In this document: in pieces, positions 28,384 to 39,378 of the stretch
Layout: each line of letters starts with the position of its first letter
Position numbering within the stretch: the first letter of the stretch is position 1
Origin: Polyangiaceae bacterium
GTDB lineage: Bacteria > Myxococcota_A > Polyangia > Polyangiales > Polyangiaceae
Assembly: GCA_033763455.1 (NCBI GenBank)
Contig: JANRKO010000045.1
Coordinates: 1 to 64,000 of the forward strand
Direction: 5' to 3'
Length of the DNA: 64,000 bases
Translations under genes and position numbers: made by a program
Notes under the pieces: generated by a model
Databases searched by the model: none
What the model saw: the letters and a program-made list of their open reading frames with translations, nothing else
What the model was told of the DNA's origin: nothing

Positions 28384-31281
28384 GTGAAAAACCTCATGCA
28401 AGCCGCTCGCTCCCGGGCCCTCCCAGCCGTTTCGACCAGCGGAATTAAACTCGCTCGGGAAAAATCTGTGTCGATTCAGTCGCGCTCAGATAGCGAAGTG
28501 GTCCTACGCGTTCGCGCTCCGGGGCACGTTGTCGCGTGCACCGTGGTCGTTTACCCCGTCGATTTAGAGTGGACCTGTGACTGTGATAGCCGCACCGATC
28601 CGTGTGCCCATGTGGTGGCGGCGACGATTGCGCTGAGTCAGCCGGAGCTGCTCGCGGACACTGAAGGCGAAAGAGCCCCCGGACATATCCGCTACATCCT
28701 CAGCCAACCAGAGCCAGCCACGCTCGTGTTGCAGCGGGAACTCGTGAGCGACGGCAAAGCCCAAGCGTTTACGACGACCCTCGCAGGGCTCGCGGCTCAA
28801 GCCTCGACCCCGGTGCAATTGGAAGAACACGATTTTGAGCTGGAGCATGTGATCCGTGCGGGTCGCGGCGGACGCCTAGCGTTAAGCCGTGTAGGCGAAA
28901 CACTCCGCATACTATCGCGCGCAAAAGATATAATATTCGAGGGAGCACAGGTCACCGTAAATGGCGAACCGCTCGCGCCGCTCGCGAGGGTGACGCGCGA
29001 CCAACAGGGCACCTATGTGCTCCGGATCACTCAGGCCCCAACGATGACTCGCCTGCTAGCGCCCGGCGTCGCCCTCTTAGGCTCGGTGGTGCAACCTTTG
29101 GGACTCTTGGAGCTAACCGGGATGAGCCTAGAAAGGCTGCCCATCGAGCAGCGTTTTTCTCCCGAACAAGTGGGCGAATTGGTGAGCCGCGCGCTGCCCG
29201 AGCTGGAGGCACGCATGGCCGTGGAGATCCTGACTCAGCTGCCCGGTAGGGGGCGCCTAGAAGCCCGCCCGCGCATCGAATTTCAGCTCGAAAACTCCGA
29301 GCGAGGCTTGGGTGTCTTGCCTCTATTGGTATACGGAGATCCCCCGATTGCGCGGGTAGATGGGGCAACGCTCGTGCACCTTTCGGGCGATATCCCCAAA
29401 CGCCAGTTAACCCAAGAACGCAACCTCGTTGAACGTCTGCGCTCAGAGCTCAACCTGGTGCCAGGGCGCGCGGTCCACTACGAGGGGATGCACGCGGCGC
29501 GCTTCACCGAGAAGTTGATGGTGTTCCAGCGCGCCATCGACCCAAACAAGTTGGCGGCGCGCCCCCCAGAGCAACTTTCATTGGATGTTTCGTTTGACGG
29601 GGCAAAGCTCAACGTTGAATTTGCGCTCCCGGGTCCACCCAAGCAGCTGGTTCCCGTCCAATCCGTGCTGCGCGCGTGGCAGGAAGGGTTCTCGCTCGTT
29701 GCGTTGCCAAACGGAGGCTTCGCCGAGCTCCCTCTGGGAACCTTGGCTCGGCTTGGGCCGTGGCTCACCGAGCTCTGGGCGCTTCGGAATCAAGACGGGG
29801 AGCTGCCGAAGCTCGCTGCCTCAGCCGTGGCGGAGCTCTGCCTTGAACTCAATGTGCCGCTGCCTCCAGACTTTTCCGCGCTTCGCGCCCTCTCTGATAA
29901 TTTTGAGGGGCTTCCGAGCGCGAGCCTGCCGGTGGACCTTACGGCTAACCTCCGCCCTTACCAGCAGCTAGGCGTTAACTGGCTATGCTTCCTGCGAGAA
30001 GCAGGCCTGGGTGCGCTCTTGGCTGACGACATGGGGCTCGGAAAGACGCTGGAGACGCTGTGTGCTCTTAACGGGAAAACTCTCGTGGTTTGCCCGAAGA
30101 GTGTCGTTTTCAATTGGGCAGCCGAAATTACACGTTTCAGACCGACCCAAAAAGTTGCCATCTACCAAGGCGCCTCTCGCAGGTTGGAGAGCGACGCCGA
30201 CATAACCTTGACTACCTTCGGGATCCTTCGACTCGACATCGACACCCTGGCCAAACACACCTTTGACAACATCGTGTTGGATGAGGCTCAAGCAATCAAA
30301 AATCCTGATAGCCAGGTGGCTCGTGCCGCGTTTCGTTTGCAGGGCAAATTCAAGATTGCCCTGAGTGGCACGCCCGTGGAGAACCGCCTGGATGATCTCT
30401 ACAGCCAGATGCATTTCGCAAACCCGGGCCTCTTGGGTACCCGCCAGGATTTCCAGACGCGTTACGCCAATCCGATCCGTGACGGCGAAAACGAAGCCGC
30501 CGAGCAACTTCGACGCAGGATCCGACCCTTTGTGTTGCGCCGACTGAAACGTGAGGTAGCCCCAGAGTTGCCTCCCCGCACGGACATGGTTCTGACCGTG
30601 GAGCTTGAGCCCGAGGAACGCGAAATCTACAACGCCATCCTAGAATCGACCCGCAGTGAGGCGATGGCGACCTTTCGCGATGGAGGAAACACCTTTGCAG
30701 TATTTGAGGCACTGCTCAGGTTGCGTCAGGCCGCTTGCCACTTGGCGCTTTTGCCAGGAAAACAAACCCACCAAGGCTCTTCCAAGCTCACCTGCCTGCT
30801 GGAACGGTTGGAGGAGGTGAAGGGTGAAGGGCACAAGGCGATCGTCTTTTCGCAGTGGACGGGATTGTTGGATCTCGTCGCGCCCGAGCTTGGCGTCAAA
30901 GACACCAACTATGTGCGTTTGGATGGCGCCACCAACAACCGCCAAGAAGTTGTGAGCCGGTTTCAAAGCGATTCCGGGCCGCCCATTCTACTTGCGAGCT
31001 TGAAGGCGGGAGGCACCGGCCTCAATCTTACAGCCGCCGACCACGTATTTCTGCTCGATCCCTGGTGGAACCCAGCCGCAGAGGATCAGGCCGCGGACCG
31101 GGCACACCGCATCGGGCAAACTCGCCCCGTATTTCTGTATCGGTTGGTTGCCAAGGACACTATCGACGAGCGAATTTTGGCACTCCAGGCCAAGAAACGT
31201 TCCCTATTGGATGCGGCGCTCACCCCTGGTGAAAAGGGTCAAGGCCTCACACGTGACGATCTGCTCAGCTTGCTTGAGTGA
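28384..31281 (+). CDS. second SWIM zinc finger + SNF2-family helicase
   Basis: CDC...CAH; LADDMGLGKT, VLDEAQ, LSGTPVEN, DPWWNP, DRAHRIGQ; start GTG 28384 or ATG 28396. Confidence 0.93.
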   Translation: MKNLMQAARSRALPAVSTSGIKLAREKSVSIQSRSDSEVVLRVRAPGHVVACTVVVYPVDLEWTCDCDSRTDPCAHVVAATIALSQPELLADTEGERAPGHIRYILSQPEPATLVLQRELVSDGKAQAFTTTLAGLAAQASTPVQLEEHDFELEHVIRAGRGGRLALSRVGETLRILSRAKDIIFEGAQVTVNGEPLAPLARVTRDQQGTYVLRITQAPTMTRLLAPGVALLGSVVQPLGLLELTGMSLERLPIEQRFSPEQVGELVSRALPELEARMAVEILTQLPGRGRLEARPRIEFQLENSERGLGVLPLLVYGDPPIARVDGATLVHLSGDIPKRQLTQERNLVERLRSELNLVPGRAVHYEGMHAARFTEKLMVFQRAIDPNKLAARPPEQLSLDVSFDGAKLNVEFALPGPPKQLVPVQSVLRAWQEGFSLVALPNGGFAELPLGTLARLGPWLTELWALRNQDGELPKLAASAVAELCLELNVPLPPDFSALRALSDNFEGLPSASLPVDLTANLRPYQQLGVNWLCFLREAGLGALLADDMGLGKTLETLCALNGKTLVVCPKSVVFNWAAEITRFRPTQKVAIYQGASRRLESDADITLTTFGILRLDIDTLAKHTFDNIVLDEAQAIKNPDSQVARAAFRLQGKFKIALSGTPVENRLDDLYSQMHFANPGLLGTRQDFQTRYANPIRDGENEAAEQLRRRIRPFVLRRLKREVAPELPPRTDMVLTVELEPEEREIYNAILESTRSEAMATFRDGGNTFAVFEALLRLRQAACHLALLPGKQTHQGSSKLTCLLERLEEVKGEGHKAIVFSQWTGLLDLVAPELGVKDTNYVRLDGATNNRQEVVSRFQSDSGPPILLASLKAGGTGLNLTAADHVFLLDPWWNPAAEDQAADRAHRIGQTRPVFLYRLVAKDTIDERILALQAKKRSLLDAALTPGEKGQGLTRDDLLSLLE

Positions 31282-31312
31282 AATGAACTCAACTTCGTTG
31301 TATTCCTAAGGG

Positions 31313-33469
31313 ATGCGCGTCAGAGATTCTCTCGACCACTTTCGAACCCGGGTGAGCCAGGCAGTTCCTGCCTCAAAGCCGCTCTCGCCTCGAGCCCTCC
31401 CCGCCGACGAATCGCGCCGCTTGCTCGAGTCCATTCTCATCACGCGGCACCTCGATTGGGCAGCCCAAGAGCTGCGCGAAGCTGGCCACGGGCATTACAC
31501 GATTGCGAGCGCTGGGCACGAGGGCAACGTGGTGCTCGGCTCTTTGACACGCACGACCGATCTTGCGCTTTTACATTACCGCGACGCAGCCGTGCAGGTG
31601 GAACGCTCCCGCCAGATCTCCACGGTGGACCCTGTCAACGACATCTTACTCTCATTGGTCGCCTCCAAAGACGATCCACTCTGCCGCGGTCGACACAAAG
31701 CCCTGGGCAACCACGCGCTCGGTATCATTCCGCAGACCAGCACGATAGCGTCTCATCTACCGCGCGCCGTGGGCTTGGCACTTGGGCTCGCTCGGCGCCA
31801 CAAACAAGGTAAATTCGAGCAATTTCCCAAGGACGCCGTGGTGCTCGCTTCGTTCGGAGATGCGAGCATTAATCACAGTACGGCGCTTGGCGCGTTCAAC
31901 GCAGCGTCTTTTTCGGTCCATCAGAACCTCAAGGTTCCCCTCCTGGCCGTCTGCGAAGACAACGGCTTGGGGATCAGCGTGCGTTCGCCGGAAGGTTGGG
32001 TAGAAACGAGGCTCCGTGCCCTGCCACACTGGGCCTATTTCTTCGCCGAAGGGTACGACGTGGACGCCGCTTACCGCGCTGCGGAAAGTGCTCTTGAATA
32101 TTGCAGACGCACCCAAAAGCCCGCCACGCTCCACATCAAATGCTTCCGCCTGCTCGGGCACGCTGGTAGTGACGTGGATACGACCTACCGCACGCGCGAA
32201 GAGCTTGAAGAAGCACAAGCTCACGACCCGCTCCTGTGTTTTGGCCTAGCCTTGGTTGAACAAGGCCGCATCCCGAAGGAGGAAATTCTGGCGTTGGAAG
32301 CGGCTGTCCAGCGCCGAGTGCAGCAAAAGCAGCACGAAGTGATAGTGCGACCGAAGTTGGAGTCCGCCGAGCAGATCATGGCGGCCATCGCCGATCCGGT
32401 ACCGATTGGTTGGGTCCCCACGACATTCTTCCGCTCCGCAGACTTACGGACCGAGGCGCCCACACTCACCCTCGCAGCCGGGCTCCAGCTTGTCCTCGAA
32501 TGCGCTCTCGATGCCGATCCGGACACCCTGATTTTCGGCGAAGATGTGGGCAAAAAGGGCGGTGTTTATGGGATCACGAAGGGGCTTGTCCAAAAAGCCG
32601 GCCCCGTCCGCGTGTTTAACACACTGCTCGACGAGCAGACTATTTTGGGCTTGGCGCTCGGCCTTGCAACGCTTGGTTTCCTACCCATCCCGGAGATCCA
32701 ATACCTTGCGTACTTGCACAATGCTGAAGATCAATTACGCGGAGAAGCGGCAACGCTCGGCTTCTTTTCGGACGGGGCTTTTTCCAATCCAATGCTCGTG
32801 CGTGTGGCCGGGCTCGGGTACCAAAAAGGTTTTGGTGGCCACTTCCACAACGATAACTCGCTGGCCGTGTTGCGGGATATTCCAGGAATTATTGTGGGCG
32901 TCCCTGCACGTGCAGACGACGCTTTGGCGATGTATAAGAGTGCTCTGGGTTTGATCCGGGAGAGGCGCCGTGTAGTGGTGATGGTGGAGCCTATCGCGCT
33001 CTATCACACCAAAGATCTGTATGAGCCCAATGACGGCCTTTGGTTGGCCGCGGACGCAGCACCGGCACAATTTGGCAGGGCGCGAGTGTACCGACCCGAA
33101 GCCACTGACCTCACCATTCTAACCTATGGCAACGGGGTCCATCTGAGCCTACAAGCCGCCAAAAAACTGAGTGGGCTGCACCACATTGAGGCGCGAGTGG
33201 TAGATCTACGCTGGCTTGTGCCGCTCCCCGATGCGGACATCCTGGAGCACGTGGCAGCCACGGGGCGGGCGCTCGTGGTGGACGAATGCCGGCCCGGCGG
33301 GAATGTTTCTGAGGGCATTTTAGCCTTGTTGGCCCTCGAACAACCCGAGGCCAAGCTCGGGCGGGTGACAGCAGAAAACAGCTTCATCGCTCTCGGTGAA
33401 GCCGCGAACCTGGTGTTGGTTCAAGTTCCCGAGGTCGTGGAAGCGGGCCGCGCTCTTTACAGCACCTAG
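31313..33469 (+). CDS. 2-oxoacid dehydrogenase E1, fused alpha/beta (TPP-dependent)
   Basis: GHEG, HYR, GDA...EDN TPP motif, GHAGSD, GEDVG, FNTLLDE, transketolase-like C-terminal domain. Confidence 0.92.
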   Translation: MRVRDSLDHFRTRVSQAVPASKPLSPRALPADESRRLLESILITRHLDWAAQELREAGHGHYTIASAGHEGNVVLGSLTRTTDLALLHYRDAAVQVERSRQISTVDPVNDILLSLVASKDDPLCRGRHKALGNHALGIIPQTSTIASHLPRAVGLALGLARRHKQGKFEQFPKDAVVLASFGDASINHSTALGAFNAASFSVHQNLKVPLLAVCEDNGLGISVRSPEGWVETRLRALPHWAYFFAEGYDVDAAYRAAESALEYCRRTQKPATLHIKCFRLLGHAGSDVDTTYRTREELEEAQAHDPLLCFGLALVEQGRIPKEEILALEAAVQRRVQQKQHEVIVRPKLESAEQIMAAIADPVPIGWVPTTFFRSADLRTEAPTLTLAAGLQLVLECALDADPDTLIFGEDVGKKGGVYGITKGLVQKAGPVRVFNTLLDEQTILGLALGLATLGFLPIPEIQYLAYLHNAEDQLRGEAATLGFFSDGAFSNPMLVRVAGLGYQKGFGGHFHNDNSLAVLRDIPGIIVGVPARADDALAMYKSALGLIRERRRVVVMVEPIALYHTKDLYEPNDGLWLAADAAPAQFGRARVYRPEATDLTILTYGNGVHLSLQAAKKLSGLHHIEARVVDLRWLVPLPDADILEHVAATGRALVVDECRPGGNVSEGILALLALEQPEAKLGRVTAENSFIALGEAANLVLVQVPEVVEAGRALYST

Positions 33470-34026
33470 GGTGCTTGCGGAACCTTAGCCTTCGGAGCCG
33501 GGGCTGATTCTTCGCAAGTGATATCCAGGTTCTTGGCTGCTGCCGAGAACGCCTCAAGCTGCGATCGGCAAATGCTGTCGGGAGAATCCAAGAAGGTCTC
33601 GCACTTCTGGTACTCCCCTTCGTTGTTGAGTTTTCCCATCACCCGCTGGCAGCAACGAATGGCCCGCAAGCACTCTGGAGTCGCCGGCGCACCCGCATTG
33701 CCCGGCTTAAAGCGCACGTGATCCAACTTCTGAGCTGCCGATTCAATCGCGCTTTTGGCCTTGAAGTATCCCCAAACCCCGAGCCCCACGAGCGACAGGA
33801 CGAAGAATAGAACGATGCCTCCGCAGCCAAGGCCCACGTACAGAAGAGTTTTGTCTTTCCTGACGGGTTGAATGAAATGCTGCGGAATGTATGGATAGCC
33901 AGCGGCGTGAGGCGGATGCGGCACACCAGCCGGGGGGTAACCAGGTGGCGAAGTTGGGAAGCCTGGCGGCGGGGCGCCGGGTGCACCCGGTGGTGGCTGA
34001 GTCCCAAACGGATCGTGACCGGACAT
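33466..34026 (-). CDS. Pro-rich single-pass membrane protein with a Cys-containing external domain
   Basis: PPPG repeats, TM helix, C-terminal C..CC..C..C..C. Confidence 0.75.
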   Translation of the reverse strand: MSGHDPFGTQPPPGAPGAPPPGFPTSPPGYPPAGVPHPPHAAGYPYIPQHFIQPVRKDKTLLYVGLGCGGIVLFFVLSLVGLGVWGYFKAKSAIESAAQKLDHVRFKPGNAGAPATPECLRAIRCCQRVMGKLNNEGEYQKCETFLDSPDSICRSQLEAFSAAAKNLDITCEESAPAPKAKVPQAP

Positions 34027-34170
34027 CTTCTGTTCGCCGGCTAGCACGCTCGCTCGGTCCGGGAAAGTGCGGGTCCTTAGCCCGATACGGATCCTCGGCG
34101 GGCGTCGGCATGGCCGACTCTTGCCCTTGGAAGGCTTCCCAGGAATTGGAGACGGCCTAAGCTGGCGGCC

Positions 34171-35649
34171 GTGTCACTCTCAAAAGCTCGACTGCGCCCA
34201 TTCTTCGTCCCTCTCCTGCTCGCATACCTGAGCTCAAGCTTTGCCGCTCAGGCCGCCGAAGTGGCGCACCCAACCGTGACCCGAGACGCGACCAACGTTC
34301 GGCTCCAGGCACAAAAGTTAACCCTCCCCAATGGCCTCGAAGTGATCTTGCACCAAGATCACTCACTGCCCCGGGTAGCCATCAATATTTGGTACCGCGT
34401 CGGCCCCGTAAACCAACCCAAAGGGCGCTCGGGCTTCGCGCACTTGTTCGAACACTTGATGTTCGAGGGCTCCAAACACGCAGGCCGCGAATTCGACCAC
34501 CTCCTGGAGGCGGCCGGTGCCACGAACGTGAATGGAACAACGTCCTGGGATCGAACGAATTTCTTCGAGACTCTCCCTTCTGAGTACCTGGAGCTAGGCC
34601 TCTGGCTGGAGAGCGATCGCATGGGATTCCTGCTAGATGTTATCAACCAAGAGAGGTTAGATGTGCAGCGTGAAGTGGTGCTCAATGAGCGCCGGCAAAG
34701 CTACGAAAATGCGCCGTATGGCGCGAGCTACCTTGCCCTCGTCAACGCGATCTATCCCGAGGGACACCCCTTTCATGACGCGGCGATTGGGTCAGTGGCA
34801 GACATTCAGGCCGCCACACTCGCCGACGTTGAAGATTTCTTCAGGCGCTTCTATTCCCCCAGCAACGCAACGCTCACGCTCGCGGGCGACTTCGACGTGG
34901 ACCGAGCGACAGCTCTCATCAAGCGCTATTTCGGCACGTTACCCAGCCAGCCCGCATTGCCTAGGCCCGCGCCCCCCTGTTCGCTCGTAAAAACGCCGCA
35001 CTGCCGAGTCGATTTCCCCGTGCGTTTGCCCAAAGCCCAGACGCTGACGGTGAAGGACGCCGTGAGTTTACCCGAGATAGCCGTGGCGTGGGCAACTCCA
35101 GCTGCGTTCTCCGATGACGATCTTGCTTTAGATCTTGCCAGCGTAATTCTAGCTGAAGGCAAGACCAGCCGACTCTACAAGGCACTAGTTATTGACCAGC
35201 GACTCGCTTCGAGTGTGAGCGCGTGGGTGGACTCCACCTCCACGGACAGCATGTTTCAGGTGAGCGCCATGGGAACCTTCGCGGGCGACCACCGGAAGCT
35301 CGAACAATCTCTACTGAGCGAGCTCGAAAAGCTGCGACGCGATGGGCCTACCGAGCTTGAAGTGGCGCGTGCTCAACATAAGCTGTTGCTATCAACGCTG
35401 AGCGATTTGCAGTTACTCAACGGGTCAGGCGGAGAGAGCGGCAGAGCCGGCACCCTCCAACGCCTCAACCACTACTTGGGAAGCCCGACCCACTTGCAAA
35501 CATGGTTAACCAGAGTGGGTGAATTGACCAAAACCGACATTCTCCGTGCGCTTCAGAAGCACGCGGGACCAGAACACCGAGTCATTGTGCGCACTGTACC
35601 TAATTCGACCCCACCCAATCCCACGCCTGCTAAGGGAGGTACGCCGTGA
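34171..35649 (+). CDS. M16 family zinc peptidase, catalytic subunit
   Basis: Signal peptide, HLFEH, WLESDRM, NERRQ. Confidence 0.95.
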   Translation: MSLSKARLRPFFVPLLLAYLSSSFAAQAAEVAHPTVTRDATNVRLQAQKLTLPNGLEVILHQDHSLPRVAINIWYRVGPVNQPKGRSGFAHLFEHLMFEGSKHAGREFDHLLEAAGATNVNGTTSWDRTNFFETLPSEYLELGLWLESDRMGFLLDVINQERLDVQREVVLNERRQSYENAPYGASYLALVNAIYPEGHPFHDAAIGSVADIQAATLADVEDFFRRFYSPSNATLTLAGDFDVDRATALIKRYFGTLPSQPALPRPAPPCSLVKTPHCRVDFPVRLPKAQTLTVKDAVSLPEIAVAWATPAAFSDDDLALDLASVILAEGKTSRLYKALVIDQRLASSVSAWVDSTSTDSMFQVSAMGTFAGDHRKLEQSLLSELEKLRRDGPTELEVARAQHKLLLSTLSDLQLLNGSGGESGRAGTLQRLNHYLGSPTHLQTWLTRVGELTKTDILRALQKHAGPEHRVIVRTVPNSTPPNPTPAKGGTP

Positions 35650-37184
35650 AGGCAAGGGCTGTGCTCTCCCTGGTGTCAGCATCCCTGTGGGCGAACGCGT
35701 GCGCCCCAACGCCCGTACCTAAAAGCGGCATCCAGCCGCCAGCTATTGCCGCCCCGCCTCGGCCCGATCCCGAAGCTTGGCGAACGGCGCAGCCACCCAA
35801 GGGCTCTCCGGCAAAGCTTGCGTTCACCGAACCCAGCCAGTTTGTGCTCAAAAATGGCTTCCACGTGTACGCCTTGCCGTGCAAAGCAAGCACACTCTCG
35901 CTCAGCACCGTGGTCCGGCACGACGCACGGAGCATCGATGGCCAAGTACCTGGGTTGGCGGCGCTCACGGCGCGCATGCTCAGTGAGGGTAGCAAAGGTT
36001 ATCCGGATTTGGCTCTCGCCGAAGCCATCGAAGGCTTAGGCTCGGACTTCTCGATCCACACCGGACGCGACGCCACCACCATTGGCGTTGAAGCATTGCC
36101 TAGCGACCTCAATGCGGCGTTGTCCCTTTTGGCGGAAGTCGTGACGCGGCCGCAGTTTTCCCCCAAAGCCTTCGACCGAGTCAAAGCGCAGTGGATCGAC
36201 AATGTGCGGGATACCTTGCAAGATCCGCGTTCGCTCTCGAGCGTCATCGGATTTGAGGCCTTGCTTGGTAAAGAGCTAGGCTCCCCAGTGCACGGGTATC
36301 CGGAAGGAATTCAAGAACTCAAGCGTGAGGATATTCAACGCTTCCATGCCCGTGCGTACACGCCCGCGCAGGCAGCCCTCGCTGTGGTCGGAGACTTTGA
36401 TCCGAAGGCTTTGGAGCACTTAGTTGAGGAGCGCTTCGGCAAGTGGAAACGCACGGCGGTCCCCAAGAACGAGGGCCGAGCGCTCTCGGCGGCGTTGCCT
36501 CAGGGCATCCAGATCCTCCTCCTGGATCGCCCAGGCTCACCCCAGAGCGCGCTGTTTGCAGCACAATCGCTCCCTCCGCGCAGAGAGCCTGGTTACGCCG
36601 AGCGCGAACTCCTGGTCACCACATTCGGTGGCCTTTTCACCTCGCGCCTGAACCTGAATCTCCGGGAGAAAAAAGCCTACACCTACGGAGCCTTCGGTAG
36701 TTACGTTGCAACGCGCAACTGGGGAGCGCTAGCGATCAGCACCAGCGTAGAGACGAAGTACACGGCCGACGCCATTCGGGAAATTCTTCAGGAGCTACGC
36801 GACTTAGGATCACCCACCACGCCTCGACCCCTCGGGAAAGCGGAGGTAGACCGCGCTCGGGCGGACATTGTGCATTCTTTGGTGGAGCACCTCGGCCACA
36901 CCAACCGCATGGTGGCGGATCTTGAGCAGCTGTTCGTCCACGAGCTCCCCCTGAATTACTTTTCCGGTCTCGCCCAAGAAATCCAAGCTGCCGACCTCGG
37001 GGCGCTGCAACACGCGGCCAGTACGCTCATTACCCCGGCGTCCCTGACGATCGCGGTCGTCGGAGACCGTAGCAGCGTAGAAGCTCCGCTTCATGCGCTC
37101 GGCTACCCAGTAAAGACGCTGCGCGATTTCGCCTCATCCTCTCAATCGCGTTCGATCAGCTCACAGCGCGCGACAGGGGACTAG
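35646..37184 (+). CDS. M16 family non-catalytic partner, probable lipoprotein
   Basis: No HxxEH; SRLNLNLREKKAYTYG (R/Y pair); ANAC lipobox-like site; GTGA overlap. Confidence 0.9.
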   Translation: MKARAVLSLVSASLWANACAPTPVPKSGIQPPAIAAPPRPDPEAWRTAQPPKGSPAKLAFTEPSQFVLKNGFHVYALPCKASTLSLSTVVRHDARSIDGQVPGLAALTARMLSEGSKGYPDLALAEAIEGLGSDFSIHTGRDATTIGVEALPSDLNAALSLLAEVVTRPQFSPKAFDRVKAQWIDNVRDTLQDPRSLSSVIGFEALLGKELGSPVHGYPEGIQELKREDIQRFHARAYTPAQAALAVVGDFDPKALEHLVEERFGKWKRTAVPKNEGRALSAALPQGIQILLLDRPGSPQSALFAAQSLPPRREPGYAERELLVTTFGGLFTSRLNLNLREKKAYTYGAFGSYVATRNWGALAISTSVETKYTADAIREILQELRDLGSPTTPRPLGKAEVDRARADIVHSLVEHLGHTNRMVADLEQLFVHELPLNYFSGLAQEIQAADLGALQHAASTLITPASLTIAVVGDRSSVEAPLHALGYPVKTLRDFASSSQSRSISSQRATGD

Positions 37185-37351
37185 GAGCCTCGAAACGCCT
37201 CAAACGCGAGAATTCACCTACACACGTCTCCAATGTAAGGCACTCGTCCCGTCGAATAAACAATGCTAGAGAAACGGCCGTTCCTCTCGCATACTAGCCG
37301 GCACTACAACAAAAGTGGGTTGGGCGGGCCACGTGGAGCACCGACGCCAGA

Positions 37352-39355
37352 ATGAATGCTTGCTTGGAGTCGACCACAGTTCTCGTCGTTGATGATGATG
37401 CCATCACTCAGGCACACCTTGTTGAGGTGCTTGAAGCGGCGGGCATCAGGTGTGCGGTTGCGAACTCCGGGGTTGCCGCAATGGCCTGGCTCGCCGATAA
37501 AGAGCCCGCCCTCATCTTGCTGGACCTGGTGATGCCAGACGCCGATGGGCTCAAGGTGCTCGGCTACGTGCGTAAGCTTGCGCGCTTTGAAGGTGTCCCC
37601 GTTGTGGTGGTGACGGCGGAGCACGGAGAGGAAAGTCTGCAGCGGGTAATTGCAGCTGGCGCGGACGACTACGTACGAAAGCCTTTCAGTACGGTGGAGG
37701 TCTTGGCGCGGGTAAAGGGCCTATTGCGATCGCGAGAGTATCTGAACCGCATCAAACGTCGTGAGGCTGCACAGAAGTCTATTTTGGGGCTTTCCCAAGT
37801 GCTTGCCTCCACCCCTGACGTAAGTACAGCTCTCGGGTCCGTTGTTCATCAGCTTGCGGGCCTATTGCGAGTGGAGCGAGCCAGCATCGTACTTTTTGGC
37901 GAAGGTCAGGTGGGGCACGTTGTGGCGAGCAACGATGATCCGGAGATCGTTGACCGCACGATCTCGCTATCCGACTACCCCGAACTCCAGGAAGTCCGGG
38001 AGACCCGCTTTCCCTTGGTGCTCGCTGACACGCACACTCACGCTCTGTTGCGGCCCGTACGGGACAAAGGGCGCCCCCTCCCCTTCCGCTCCTCCGCACT
38101 TTTCCCCCTGCTCTTCGAGCGGGAGGCGCTTGGAGCGATCTTTCTCCGCGCAACAAGCCTCACCACGTTTGACGACTTTGAACTATCGCTGGCTAGCACC
38201 ATTGCCAATGCAACAGCCATTGCACTCCGCAATGCGCGCACCGTTCAGTCCCTGAAAGACGCCACCCAGCACAGCACCAATGCGCGGGCAGAAGCCGAGC
38301 GCCGCGTACAATTGTTCCAACGCTACGCTGACTTTTTCGAAAGCTCCGCAGATGGCATTCTCGTGATAGCCCGCAACGGGCAGCTTTTGTTCACCAATCC
38401 GCGGGCCAGAGAAATTACTGGGTTTTCAGAAACACGCCTGGTGGGGATGACCCTTTCGGAGCTCTTCACCCCCAACAACGAAGAGCGCGCTGAACGCTTG
38501 CTCAAGGGCTTCTCCCAGGGCGTATACCCTCGTGCTGTTGACGTGACGATTCGAACCGAGCGCGCCGAATCCATGATTGTGAACGCGTCGTTCAGCTCCG
38601 TAATGCACGAAGACAACGCCATTTTGCTCAGCTTTCGTGACGTTACCCAGGAGCGCCGCACTGCGATCGAACTCAAACAAACCAAGGAGTTCTTGGAGCG
38701 AGTGATTGATAGCTCCGTGGACGGCATTGTATCGGCGGACCTCAACGGAACAGTGCTCCTTTTTAACCGAGCCGCAGAACGGCTTTTCCAATATTCCTCC
38801 AGCGATGTGGTCGGCAAGCTCCAGGTAGAGCAGCTCTACCCGGAGGGAGTTGCCCGCCAGATCATGCGCAACATTCGCAACCCGGAGCTCAACGGGTACG
38901 GCCGCCTAGAAGGCCATCGGGTAGACATGGTGAGAGCAGACGGGGAGGCCGTGCCGGTCGTGTTGTCTGCTTCGCTCGTGTTGGAGAACGGCAAGCCTAT
39001 TGGGTCTGTCGGCATCTTCACGGATATCCGAGAACGGCTGCGGATGGAGGAAAGCCTTGAGCGCGCCGAGGAAGAGCTCCGAACACGCGAAAAGCACGCC
39101 ATTTTAGCCGAGCTTGCCGGGGCTGCAGCACACGAGCTGAACCAGCCGCTCACGAGCGTTATCGGCTACGGCGAGCTTCTGCGCCGACACCTGGAGGGCG
39201 ATGAGAAGCTAAGCAACGCAGCCAATATCATCATCTCCGAGGCCGAGCGGATGGCGGAAATCGTCCGCAAAGTCGGCAAAATCACTCGCTACGAGACGAA
39301 ATCTTACGTAGGAAGCGCCAAGATCCTCGATCTGGAAAAGGCCAGCGATAGCTGA
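37352..39355 (+). CDS. REC-GAF-PAS-PAS-HisKA signalling protein without an HATPase domain
   Basis: VVDDD/LLDLVMP/KPF receiver; GAF; two PAS domains; H-box AAHELNQPL near the C-terminus. Confidence 0.9.
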   Translation: MNACLESTTVLVVDDDAITQAHLVEVLEAAGIRCAVANSGVAAMAWLADKEPALILLDLVMPDADGLKVLGYVRKLARFEGVPVVVVTAEHGEESLQRVIAAGADDYVRKPFSTVEVLARVKGLLRSREYLNRIKRREAAQKSILGLSQVLASTPDVSTALGSVVHQLAGLLRVERASIVLFGEGQVGHVVASNDDPEIVDRTISLSDYPELQEVRETRFPLVLADTHTHALLRPVRDKGRPLPFRSSALFPLLFEREALGAIFLRATSLTTFDDFELSLASTIANATAIALRNARTVQSLKDATQHSTNARAEAERRVQLFQRYADFFESSADGILVIARNGQLLFTNPRAREITGFSETRLVGMTLSELFTPNNEERAERLLKGFSQGVYPRAVDVTIRTERAESMIVNASFSSVMHEDNAILLSFRDVTQERRTAIELKQTKEFLERVIDSSVDGIVSADLNGTVLLFNRAAERLFQYSSSDVVGKLQVEQLYPEGVARQIMRNIRNPELNGYGRLEGHRVDMVRADGEAVPVVLSASLVLENGKPIGSVGIFTDIRERLRMEESLERAEEELRTREKHAILAELAGAAAHELNQPLTSVIGYGELLRRHLEGDEKLSNAANIIISEAERMAEIVRKVGKITRYETKSYVGSAKILDLEKASDS

Positions 39356-39378
39356 GCATCAAAGTGCCGCCTGTGCGC

